Origin: a virus
Lineage: Duplodnaviria; Caudoviricetes
DNA length: 44,317 nucleotides
Virus record (IMG/VR): IMGVR_UViG_3300012940_000046
Location: 1 to 44,317 of that record
Reading direction: 5' to 3' (one strand)
The notes under the pieces were generated by a model. It had not been told where the DNA came from. It ran no database searches and was given only the letters and a program-made list of their open reading frames with translations. This document shows, in pieces, positions 37,335 to 44,317 of the stretch. Position 1 is the first letter of the stretch. The number at the start of each line of letters is the position of its first letter. The position numbers and the translations under genes were made by a program.

Positions 37335-37595
37335 ATGGCACGGGCAAAACGTCCAGCCAAGCGAGGGAAGCAGGCGCGATCCTCGCCAATGTCAACGGGC
37401 ATCACGCTCGGGCGCGAGCTAGCTCGGCTAAGAGCGGAGCTCAAAGACTACCGAATGCTGACGCGCCGCTACAGCCGGCTAATCCTTCTCGTGGTGTTCA
37501 GCATGGCCGGAAAAACGTCCGGCGTGCCGATCATGGAAAGCTTCGGAAGCTTTACGCACGACATAGGAAGGCTCTGGCTAAGCATCTTGACGTGA
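37335..37595 (+). CDS. Hypothetical membrane-associated protein
   Basis: AAGGGG RBS and ATG; short coiled coil then a hydrophobic segment. Confidence 0.55.
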   Translation: MARAKRPAKRGKQARSSPMSTGITLGRELARLRAELKDYRMLTRRYSRLILLVVFSMAGKTSGVPIMESFGSFTHDIGRLWLSILT

Positions 37596-37687
37596 CGCTG
37601 ACAGAAGTCGTCGTGTTCGCCGTGATTGGCGTGCCGGTGCTGTTCGCCATGGCGGCCAGCTTCGTGCGCGGCGTCGTCGGCGGCTAA
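37592..37687 (+). CDS. 31-aa TM peptide
   Basis: GTGA overlap; MTLTEVVVFAVIGVPVLFAMAASF. Confidence 0.45.
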   Translation: MTLTEVVVFAVIGVPVLFAMAASFVRGVVGG

Positions 37688-37757
37688 GCTCCGAATTTCG
37701 CATTAGCTCTGCAATTCATTACGCTTTCGTCCGCAACAGACAAAAGGGCGTAAGCGT

Positions 37758-38858
37758 ATGCGCGCGGTTGAGGCGTTGAAACAAGCAAACGGCAATAAGA
37801 GCGAGGCCGCGCGGTTGATGGGGCTGCATCGCACTTCGTTCAAGGCGCGGCTCGAAACGGAACAGCGGCAGAGCGCAAAGCGCGCCACATTCGGCCAGCT
37901 TCCCGACGTGAGCCCGAACGTCGCGGAGATTATCGCCCGCCGCTGCAGAGAGTTCGAACGCCACAAGGCCCGCGTCGAAGCGGAGCGCTGGCTACCAATC
38001 ACAGTCAACGAAACGCAGCCGTTTGGCCTGATGGTTTTCGGCGACGAGCACGCCGATGACAATCACTGCGACTGGCCGCAACTCAAGCGCGATCTTGCGC
38101 TGTCACGCGAGACACCGGGCGTATACGCCGCGGCGCTCGGCGACCAAACGAACAATTGGGTGGGGCGCCTCGTTCGTGAATACGCGGACCAGTCCGTGAC
38201 GCGAAGCGAGGCCCGCGAACTGTCTCGCTGGCTGCTTACGCCCGACGCCGCCCCGTGGCTGTTCCGCCTACTGGGCAATCACGACTTTTGGAATGAAGGC
38301 GATGTGCTGATCGGGTTGTTCGGCGGTGACGCCTATTATATTGCCGAATGGGAAGCTCGCATCGAGCTTCGCGCCGGGGCGCTGCACTACAAGATTCACG
38401 CCGGCCACAACTTTAAGGGCACTTCCATTTACAACCCGACGCACGGGCCATTGCGGGCTTCGCTGTTCAGCGGCGGCCACGCTGACTTATATCTAGCCGC
38501 GCACCTTCACGAGTTCGGAACGCAGGCCGTCGAAATTGCCGAGACAAAGAAGCTTGTCCACGTCGCCCGCGCCCGCGGCTACAAACGTGGCGGCCGGTAC
38601 GAAAAGATGGGCGGATTCCCTTCGGGCGAAGTAGGGTCTTCGCTGTTCGTGATGATTGACCCCCTGGCCGATAACGAGGCCGGGCTTACCACGATTTTCA
38701 ATGACCCCGTGCAGGGCGCTAGAGTGCTGACAGCACTGCGTAAGACGAGCGCGCCAAAGCGGAAAGGGCCAAAGTATGCAGGAAAAGCGGACACTCGTGA
38801 TCGGACTGTGCGGGCCGGAGGGCGCGGGAAAGTCAACCGTCGCAAAGCTTCTCGCTGA
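37758..38858 (+). CDS. Fis-type HTH fused to a calcineurin-like metallophosphoesterase
   Basis: ALKQANGNKSEAARLMGL HTH; GDEH, GDQTNN, GNHD and AHLH motifs. Confidence 0.85.
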   Translation: MRAVEALKQANGNKSEAARLMGLHRTSFKARLETEQRQSAKRATFGQLPDVSPNVAEIIARRCREFERHKARVEAERWLPITVNETQPFGLMVFGDEHADDNHCDWPQLKRDLALSRETPGVYAAALGDQTNNWVGRLVREYADQSVTRSEARELSRWLLTPDAAPWLFRLLGNHDFWNEGDVLIGLFGGDAYYIAEWEARIELRAGALHYKIHAGHNFKGTSIYNPTHGPLRASLFSGGHADLYLAAHLHEFGTQAVEIAETKKLVHVARARGYKRGGRYEKMGGFPSGEVGSSLFVMIDPLADNEAGLTTIFNDPVQGARVLTALRKTSAPKRKGPKYAGKADTRDRTVRAGGRGKVNRRKASR

Positions 38859-39390
38859 CAAGCACGGCGCCGCGATCTGCCCGTTTGCTGCGCCGCTGAA
38901 GGCCATGCTGCTGACGCTCGGCGTGCCGCACCGCAACCTGTACGGCAATGACGCCGACAAGTGCGAGCAACTGCATATGCTCGGCGGCAAGACGGCGCGT
39001 TGGGCGGCGCAGACGCTCGGCACGCAATGGGGCCGCATGTGTATGGACGGCGATTTTTGGGTCCGCGCTTGGGCGAACCGGCTCGCCGACATTTGGGCGG
39101 ATCGTGCGCGCCGCGGCATGATGCAGCCAGAAATGATCGTCGCCGACGACTGCCGTTTTCAGAACGAGGTTGACGAGATTCGCCGCCGCGGCGGCATGGT
39201 GATCACGATCGTTCGGGGCCGCGCCGACTTCGACCGTATCCCGAAGCACGCCAGCGAGGACTTCGCGGCGCTTCGTCCTGATGTCGTAATCGTCAATGAC
39301 GGGGGCCTTGCAGAGCTTGAAGCCGGCGTGCGCGAGGCGTTGGCGCTGAAGCGCGATCAGGACGCGCGGCAGTTGGCGCTTAGTCTTTAA
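38776..39390 (+). CDS. Deoxynucleoside monophosphate kinase
   Basis: GPEGAGKST, FAAPLK, QTLGTQWGR, DCRFQNE and HASE. Confidence 0.9.
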   Translation: MQEKRTLVIGLCGPEGAGKSTVAKLLADKHGAAICPFAAPLKAMLLTLGVPHRNLYGNDADKCEQLHMLGGKTARWAAQTLGTQWGRMCMDGDFWVRAWANRLADIWADRARRGMMQPEMIVADDCRFQNEVDEIRRRGGMVITIVRGRADFDRIPKHASEDFAALRPDVVIVNDGGLAELEAGVREALALKRDQDARQLALSL

Positions 39391-39604
39391 CGCGCCGGAC
39401 GGTGATAGCGTCGGGCTTTAGCTTCAGCTCCGACGACGGCGCCGCCTCGCTGTAGCTAGTCGGCGTCGCGACGTAATGCGTCCGTTCGAAATTCTCGCCG
39501 TCGTTTGAGCCCCATACCTCCCCGGTGCCTAGGGCTACCCGGATAAAGCGATACGGAAACCCCTCCGGTACAGGGAAACCCCAACTTGCCGGCATCTCAG
39601 CCAT
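39380..39604 (-). CDS. Hypothetical protein (cassette B)
   Basis: AGAGG RBS from the repeated leader; 74 aa. Confidence 0.65.
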   Translation of the reverse strand: MAEMPASWGFPVPEGFPYRFIRVALGTGEVWGSNDGENFERTHYVATPTSYSEAAPSSELKLKPDAITVRRVKD

Positions 39605-39634
39605 TGCTGCGCATCCTCTGTTGGCGCTTAGTCT

Positions 39635-40003
39635 TTAGGCTTGACGCACCGCGAGCGTACCTTGCCAGTTTATCTCGATTGAAACGCCCTTAGGCCAATC
39701 TCCGGTTACGATTGCATATCGCTCGTTTACGGGCGGCCCGATAGTGACGCCGCTGTGCACGACCAGCCGTACATTATCCCCGGCCGCGGGCAACGGGTAC
39801 ATCGCATCGTGCAACTCTCTCAGGTTGATGTGTGGCCGGTCTTTGGTTACGTGAATCTCGCGCCAGTTGTCGGGCCAAGCGCCAGACGGTCCCGGTATCG
39901 GGTCGGGAGACGGCTCTAGTTGCGCCACGGGGACAAAGCCCGCGGCACCGGCCGCGCCCATAAGCCCGAGCAATTTACGCCGGGTAACGTCAAAGTCATC
40001 CAT
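39635..40003 (-). CDS. Tat-signal protein resembling a domain of the tail-tip protein (cassette A)
   Basis: TRRKLLGLMGAAGAAG twin-Arg signal; body aligns by eye with 31681-31935. Confidence 0.75.
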   Translation of the reverse strand: MDDFDVTRRKLLGLMGAAGAAGFVPVAQLEPSPDPIPGPSGAWPDNWREIHVTKDRPHINLRELHDAMYPLPAAGDNVRLVVHSGVTIGPPVNERYAIVTGDWPKGVSIEINWQGTLAVRQA

Positions 40004-41219
40004 TGCCGCGCATCCTCTTTTCAATCTCGTTCGCCGTATCTTGCGCCGCAGCCGACGCCGCTTCATCGAATAGCCAAGAATAGCCGTTCGTCGTCTCTAT
40101 GTCTTTGTGCCCGAACAGCTCGCCGACAGTCTCAATGCTACGGCCGGCGGACTTCGCGGCGCTGGCGAAGGTGCGGCGGAAGTCCTGCACTCGCAGATCG
40201 GGGCAACCGGCAATCTCGCGCGCCTCTTCCCATACCGTGCGGATCAGCCAGCGTGCGCGATCGTTCACTTTGCCGTCTTGGCGCTTCGCGGCGTTCGAAA
40301 GCTCCCGCCCGAAGATATAGCCCGAGCCGTCATCGTCTAGCCCGTCAATGATCTTTACGGCTTGCGCGGGGAGCACAATCACGCGCTCGTCACCCGTTCT
40401 GTCCGTCTTGTGCTCCGCAAGCACGATCTTATCGCCCGCACGCCACGAGCGCCTGGCCGTCACGAGTTCTGTTACGCGCGTCCCGGCTAGCAGGATGCAC
40501 CACAGCGCCGCGACGCGCTGCGGGTATCGGACGGCGAGGGCGTCAAGGGCCTCGGCGACCTTCGGGGCTTCGTCGCCTTCCATATGCCGGCGGCGCTTCG
40601 GCTTCTTAAACGTGTCGCTGTCCCGCACCGGGTTAGAGTAGCGCGGGCGCAGCTTGTGGTCGTCGTGCTCGGCAAAGCGGAACATGCCGGACAGATCAGA
40701 GCGGACGTGACGCGCTGCGGTTGTGCCGCTGTGTTTCGCGACGTAATCGAGCGCGGCGTTTATGTCCTTAAGTTTCACGTCGGCGACTTTGAGCGCGCCT
40801 AGCCGCGGCTTGATATGCAACCTTACACGGCGTTGCTTCTCTTCGAGCGTGCGCGGCTTGTCGGCGCGGGCGCACTCTTCGGCCAGCCAATAATCTGCCC
40901 ACTCGGCGACGGTAGGCGACGCCTTGTAGGCTTTGCGCGCGGCGCTGGGGTCATTGCCTCGGTCGCGCTCTTTGAGCCAGCGCTTGGCTTCCTCGCGGGC
41001 TTCGTCGAGCTTCCAAAGCGGGTACTCGCCGAGCTTCGGCCGCCGCTCGGCGCCGGAGGGCGCGCGGTAGTATAGCAGCCAAGACTTGCGCCCGTTCGGG
41101 TAGCAATGGAGCTCGAGGCCCTTGACGACGTGATCCTTTAGCTTCGACGGGCGCGGCTTGCCGTCCGGCCCGGTGGCCGGCTGCAGGTCGCGGGCGGTGG
41201 CGGCGGTGAGTTCTTTCAT
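39996..41219 (-). CDS. int: Tyrosine integrase with arm-binding domain
   Basis: GLEL..YPNGRKSW arm domain; GTRVTE, HKT, QDFRRT and GH...Y catalytic motifs. Confidence 0.95.
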   Translation of the reverse strand: MKELTAATARDLQPATGPDGKPRPSKLKDHVVKGLELHCYPNGRKSWLLYYRAPSGAERRPKLGEYPLWKLDEAREEAKRWLKERDRGNDPSAARKAYKASPTVAEWADYWLAEECARADKPRTLEEKQRRVRLHIKPRLGALKVADVKLKDINAALDYVAKHSGTTAARHVRSDLSGMFRFAEHDDHKLRPRYSNPVRDSDTFKKPKRRRHMEGDEAPKVAEALDALAVRYPQRVAALWCILLAGTRVTELVTARRSWRAGDKIVLAEHKTDRTGDERVIVLPAQAVKIIDGLDDDGSGYIFGRELSNAAKRQDGKVNDRARWLIRTVWEEAREIAGCPDLRVQDFRRTFASAAKSAGRSIETVGELFGHKDIETTNGYSWLFDEAASAAAQDTANEIEKRMRGNG

Positions 41220-41515
41220 GCGTGCGCCCGCGTAGCGCTTGCACCTACCAGCTTGCCGGCGTTTAGGTCTACAACCTGCCACCAATCGATTTGTTCGTCG
41301 TGCCTCTCAAGATCGATGCGCCGGCACCCTTCGCGCTGCGCTTCGCTGTGCGTCTCAAAAATTCCGAGCAGATCGCGCCAGCCGCCGGCCGCGTAAAATG
41401 CTGGGCCACCAAACAGAGCGTATCGGCCCGTCCCCCGGCCGCTAGAGCCTTCGTTCGGAGGGGGCGTACGCGGGCCAGAGCCTTTGGGCTGATGACCTTT
41501 CAATGTGTGCTCCAT
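41216..41515 (-). CDS. Hypothetical protein coupled upstream of the integrase
   Basis: ATGA overlap with int; RYALF..FYAAGGWRD...DWWQVVD. Confidence 0.7.
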   Translation of the reverse strand: MEHTLKGHQPKGSGPRTPPPNEGSSGRGTGRYALFGGPAFYAAGGWRDLLGIFETHSEAQREGCRRIDLERHDEQIDWWQVVDLNAGKLVGASATRAHA

Positions 41516-41645
41516 AATTTAGCCGTGCGAGTTCGCACGCCGTCTTAATTCGTGTTGTAAGTCGCATCCAAGTCGCAACCGCTGCGCCTAAGTCGCTCTC
41601 AAGTGGCGCAAGGGATGTGAAGCGGAATGCGAATTTAATGGTGCA

Positions 41646-41692
41646 ATAGTATGCGAACTAAGACGGATATTCAACGCATATATTTTAGATGC
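41646..41692 (-). promoter_or_regulatory. Integrase-operon promoter TTGAAT-N17-TACTAT with operator GCATATATTTTAGATGC (41676-41692) just upstream of the -35
   Basis: Seen in the sequence. Confidence 0.6.
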
Positions 41693-41702
41693 ACGTTGTT
41701 TT

Positions 41703-41752
41703 CCAGTCTGGGGGACTGGGGGTCGGAGGTTCAAATCCTCTCGCTCCGACCA
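41703..41752 (+). mobile_element. attP: attP core: 3' half of tRNA-Pro(GGG)
   Basis: CCAGTCTGGGGGACTGG anticodon arm, GGTTCAAATCC T-loop and CCA end; the 5' half is absent. Confidence 0.9.
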
Positions 41753-41840
41753 TACTTTAAGGGGTTTCTGCTGTTCGGCCAAGTCGCAACCAAGTCGTGA
41801 TTTCGGCAGTTTGGCGCCCGTTGCGGCTGCAATAGTTTGA

Positions 41841-42062
41841 TTATTTAGCGGGATGCAAACTTAGCGGCCAGTCGTCGGGGCGATAGCCGGACAGATACGC
41901 TTCGACAAGGCGGCGTTGCGGGTCGCGTATCTCGCGCCGGCCGGTCTCAAGATCATATTGCATCTGCCGGCGCTGCGATCCCGTATAGCCTAGCACGGTT
42001 GCCATTTGCTCGAGCGTGAGGCCCAGCTTGAGGCGCGCGGCCTTCATATCGGCGGGCGTCAT
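41841..42062 (-). CDS. XRE-type HTH regulator
   Basis: MTPADMKAARLKLGLTLEQMATVLGY...LETGRREI. Confidence 0.85.
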   Translation of the reverse strand: MTPADMKAARLKLGLTLEQMATVLGYTGSQRRQMQYDLETGRREIRDPQRRLVEAYLSGYRPDDWPLSLHPAK

Positions 42063-42256
42063 TAGCGCAGCCTGTCGGCTACGCCAAAGAGGCCGGCGGC
42101 CTCAAGAGCTTCCACAGTGCCGTATTGGGCGAGCAGCGCGCGGTCGGCTTCGGATGCCGCGGGCTTAGCCGGCTTCGAGAGGTCTACCTTCCGGTGAAGC
42201 TGACCCCCGAGTTGCGCCCGCTGAATGTCCGCCCAATCGTGTCCTACTATTTTCAT
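42062..42256 (-). CDS. Hypothetical protein
   Basis: AAAGGA RBS; TAATG coupling to the HTH gene. Confidence 0.7.
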   Translation of the reverse strand: MKIVGHDWADIQRAQLGGQLHRKVDLSKPAKPAASEADRALLAQYGTVEALEAAGLFGVADRLR

Positions 42257-42299
42257 TGTGTCATCCTTTCGGGTTGGCTCATTGCCTGTCGATGATTTG

Positions 42300-42328
42300 A
42301 ATATGAAGTGATTTGCGCTGTATGTCAA
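42300..42328 (-). promoter_or_regulatory. Sigma70 promoter TTGACA-N17-CATATT
   Basis: Consensus -35 with 17-nt spacing. Confidence 0.75.
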
Positions 42329-42340
42329 GCGCCATACAAA

Positions 42341-42829
42341 TTATTTCGTATCTTCAAACACGCCCTTGCAAGGCCGCGCCCAAATTTCGCATCTAAACAA
42401 GACTTGCCCCGCGACTTCGCCGATTGAAGTTCGGCCGCAGCGCTTCACAAGGTCCGCGGCGTGCTCGAGGTCTAGGTACGATTCGCCAAGGTCGTAGCGC
42501 ACGCGCTCTGCCCAATCCTTCTTAGCCGCCTCGAGCGCGCCGCCCTCGCCGATCCATTGCGTGCCGAGCCCGCGCACCTTGTCAGCGCACTGCAGGCGCG
42601 TAGGGTGCTCGCTGCGGTACGCCCGCACCGGCTCGGCGCGCCCTGGCCGTTCAGCCCGAACGCGGCGGGGCGCCGGGCGAGCGTGCGTCACGCTAGAGCG
42701 CTCATATGCAACTTGCGACCGCGGGCCGGCGTGCCAGGTGCTTAGTGACCAATCGTTTGCGCTGCGGGCCGCGGTATCGAGTGCAGTCAAAGACACAGCG
42801 GCTAGGGCGACGACGAAATAAGAGCGCAT
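42341..42829 (-). CDS. Secreted protein with four Cys
   Basis: Sec signal peptide, Arg/Pro linker, GAGG RBS. Confidence 0.75.
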   Translation of the reverse strand: MRSYFVVALAAVSLTALDTAARSANDWSLSTWHAGPRSQVAYERSSVTHARPAPRRVRAERPGRAEPVRAYRSEHPTRLQCADKVRGLGTQWIGEGGALEAAKKDWAERVRYDLGESYLDLEHAADLVKRCGRTSIGEVAGQVLFRCEIWARPCKGVFEDTK

Positions 42830-42976
42830 GAACTAACCTCATTGCTTGAGGCTAGAAAATATCGCGATGCGCTGGGGCGACAAAATTTAGAAGCCGGGGC
42901 GGCAGTGCTAAGGTGCGGATGCAAGCGGCCCGAGCAAGTGCGCCAACACGTGCCCGAGCCTAATCCAAGCCACGGT

Positions 42977-43126
42977 ATGAGCATGACACGGACTAAGCCC
43001 GTCGATAGCACGGCGGACGTTGTAGAGGCTATCTTGGCGCTGATAGAATCAGGCGCGCATCAACGCTTTTCGCGTGACGAGCTGCGGGAGTACGTGGCGG
43101 GGCTGCTAGCCGAGGCGCCCCTTTAA
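42977..43126 (+). CDS. Hypothetical small protein
   Basis: MSMTRTKP...LREYVAGLL, predicted helical; start uncertain. Confidence 0.4.
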   Translation: MSMTRTKPVDSTADVVEAILALIESGAHQRFSRDELREYVAGLLAEAPL

Positions 43127-43437
43127 AATCCAATCTCTCGTTCGCGTAGCTCGCGCCGCGCTCGCTGTGCTTGCTTTCCGGTGCCGGCGGCTCGGCGTTT
43201 CAACTCAACGAGCCTCTCGTGCACCGCGCGGAAGCAGCCCATGCCGTCCGTGTAGATGCGATGGCCGTCTCCGTCGTGGCGGACGCCGTTGATAATCTCA
43301 AAATCACGAATTGCTCGTGCCGCTGTCCAGATGCTGCACGGCTTCATAACCGAGCTGTGCTGGGCGCCCTTGATGGCTTCCCAACGAAGCTTCCTGGCTC
43401 GACGGTCGCGAAGCGCGCTCAGCACTTGCCTCTCCAT
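43123..43437 (-). CDS. Hypothetical protein
   Basis: 104-aa ORF in the minus-strand operon. Confidence 0.6.
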   Translation of the reverse strand: MERQVLSALRDRRARKLRWEAIKGAQHSSVMKPCSIWTAARAIRDFEIINGVRHDGDGHRIYTDGMGCFRAVHERLVELKRRAAGTGKQAQRARRELREREIGF

Positions 43438-43448
43438 TCGTTGACACG

Positions 43449-43712
43449 TTATCGGGCATAGAGCCCTTGCCGTTGAAGATCAGCAATCACCTTATCGGTG
43501 TGTTCCTGAATTGCCTTATCTTCAACTAGCTGCGGAAACGCCGCCTCAAGCTCGATAGGCTCAAGCGCTTCCTCAAGTCTGTCGATAAGGTCGCGCGCCT
43601 GCTTCGGCGTCACCCATATTGCGCGTGCGCCGCACGACACGATTAGGTTGTTGTGTGCGCCAACGCTCACGGTCGGCTGCGGTCGTTTCTTGGCCACGTC
43701 GAAAGTCTCCAT
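43449..43712 (-). CDS. Hypothetical protein (METFDVAKK...)
   Basis: TAATG coupling to the upstream gene. Confidence 0.65.
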   Translation of the reverse strand: METFDVAKKRPQPTVSVGAHNNLIVSCGARAIWVTPKQARDLIDRLEEALEPIELEAAFPQLVEDKAIQEHTDKVIADLQRQGLYAR

Positions 43713-44110
43713 TAGTTGATTGTGCCGTCTGGCAAGATCACGTAGACGCGACGCCCCAGCTTTCGCGCGAAGCGCACTGTTGACCACGTACCGGATCGTA
43801 ATTCCTCGGTCATGGTGGCGGGGGCCGCGATTAGCATTTCTGTCTCGCGCACGATGTCCTTGTTCCGGTCAAGGTACGGCTTTGGCGCGAGCACGCGGTC
43901 AGCTTCCTTGAAGGCGCGCTTGTCCGCTTTCGTCGGCGGATGGATAACGGTCACGAGGCCAAAGTCTTTGGCGTGGTCGTGTGCTTGAGCGTCAGCGCCT
44001 ATGCAGTCGCCGTGGTGCAGCTCACCTTCATGCACGACTAGAAAAGACGTTAGGACGCTCCGCTGTGCGGGCGTCATGCCTTGCTGAGTACCAGTGAAAC
44101 CAATCCGCAC
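43712..44110 (-). CDS. SLOG-superfamily (YspA/DprA-like) nucleotide-binding protein
   Basis: IGFTG, HGDCIGAD, RNKDIV and SGTWSTVRFA; AAGGAG RBS and GTG start. Confidence 0.8.
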   Translation of the reverse strand: MRIGFTGTQQGMTPAQRSVLTSFLVVHEGELHHGDCIGADAQAHDHAKDFGLVTVIHPPTKADKRAFKEADRVLAPKPYLDRNKDIVRETEMLIAAPATMTEELRSGTWSTVRFARKLGRRVYVILPDGTIN

Positions 44111-44121
44111 GTCCCGCTCCT

Positions 44122-44316
44122 TCACTTCTTCGGGTTCATTCGCTTTTTCCAGATCGTGTAGGCACGTTCAGGAGTGAACGCTATGCCGTTCGGAGAAACG
44201 ATTTGCTTGAGCGGCGCCTTAGTATCTTTCCACTCGGGATAGTCTATCAAATTACGCCATATGGCCTTTGCTTCGGCGAGCTGCTGTGGCGTGTAATCCG
44301 GCTTTGGTCGGCCCTT
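44122..44316 (-). CDS. Partial protein, C-terminal GRP-led HTH-like segment
   Basis: Open frame from the window edge: KGRPKPDYTPQQLAEAKAIW...ERAYTIWKKR. Confidence 0.5.
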   Translation of the reverse strand, partial: KGRPKPDYTPQQLAEAKAIWRNLIDYPEWKDTKAPLKQIVSPNGIAFTPERAYTIWKKRMNPKK

Positions 44317-44317
44317 G

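Larger units (their letters stand above)
39372..40018. repeat. Cassette-bounding direct repeats R (39372-39389, 39620-39637) and L (39601-39619, 40000-40018)
   Basis: R = GTTGGCGCTTAGTCTTTA, identical twice; L = CCATTGCYGCGCATCCTCT, 18 of 19 identical. Confidence 0.9.
41559..41799 (+). repeat. Integrase arm-type sites, AAGTCGCA-like pairs
   Basis: Pairs 11 bp apart at 41559/41570, 41590/41601 and 41781/41792, flanking the att core. Confidence 0.8.

Noticed and set aside
31681-40003. Diversity-generating retroelement (template and variable repeats) behind the tail-domain duplication
   Set aside because: The similarity is at protein level only, there is no near-identical DNA repeat, and no reverse transcriptase is present.
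41703-41752. Complete tRNA-Pro gene
   Set aside because: The acceptor 5' strand and D-arm are missing; it is an att core.

Overview
This window is most of a temperate HK97-fold siphophage genome, probably of an alphaproteobacterial (Hyphomicrobiales-like) host. The host call is inferred from GapR-like and GTA-like tail genes. It is in its excised form: an intact attP, the 3' half of tRNA-Pro(GGG) flanked by arm repeats, has phage genes on both sides. Order: small-gene array (+); replication operon (-) of RuvC, SNF2 helicase, DUF2800 nuclease, DUF2815 SSB, C5 methyltransferase, PolA, HD hydrolase, cold-shock protein and Prim-Pol/AAA primase; CI-like repressor; two iteron-like arrays; GapR-like gene; HNH, terminase, portal, Clp protease, capsid, tail, lysis; phosphoesterase and dNMP kinase; integrase operon (-); attP; accessory genes. 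Most striking observations: (1) the gene coupled directly behind the integrase encodes a Tat-signal protein whose body resembles a domain of the phage's own tail-tip protein, a candidate periplasmic decoy or superinfection-exclusion system; (2) that gene sits in a tandem two-cassette slot bounded by 18-19 bp repeats; (3) a 17-bp operator occurs at 7 dispersed sites; (4) the methyltransferase appears split into two polypeptides in overlapping frames; (5) TerL and the Clp protease may start at ACG. All family assignments come from reading motifs by eye; no searches were run.
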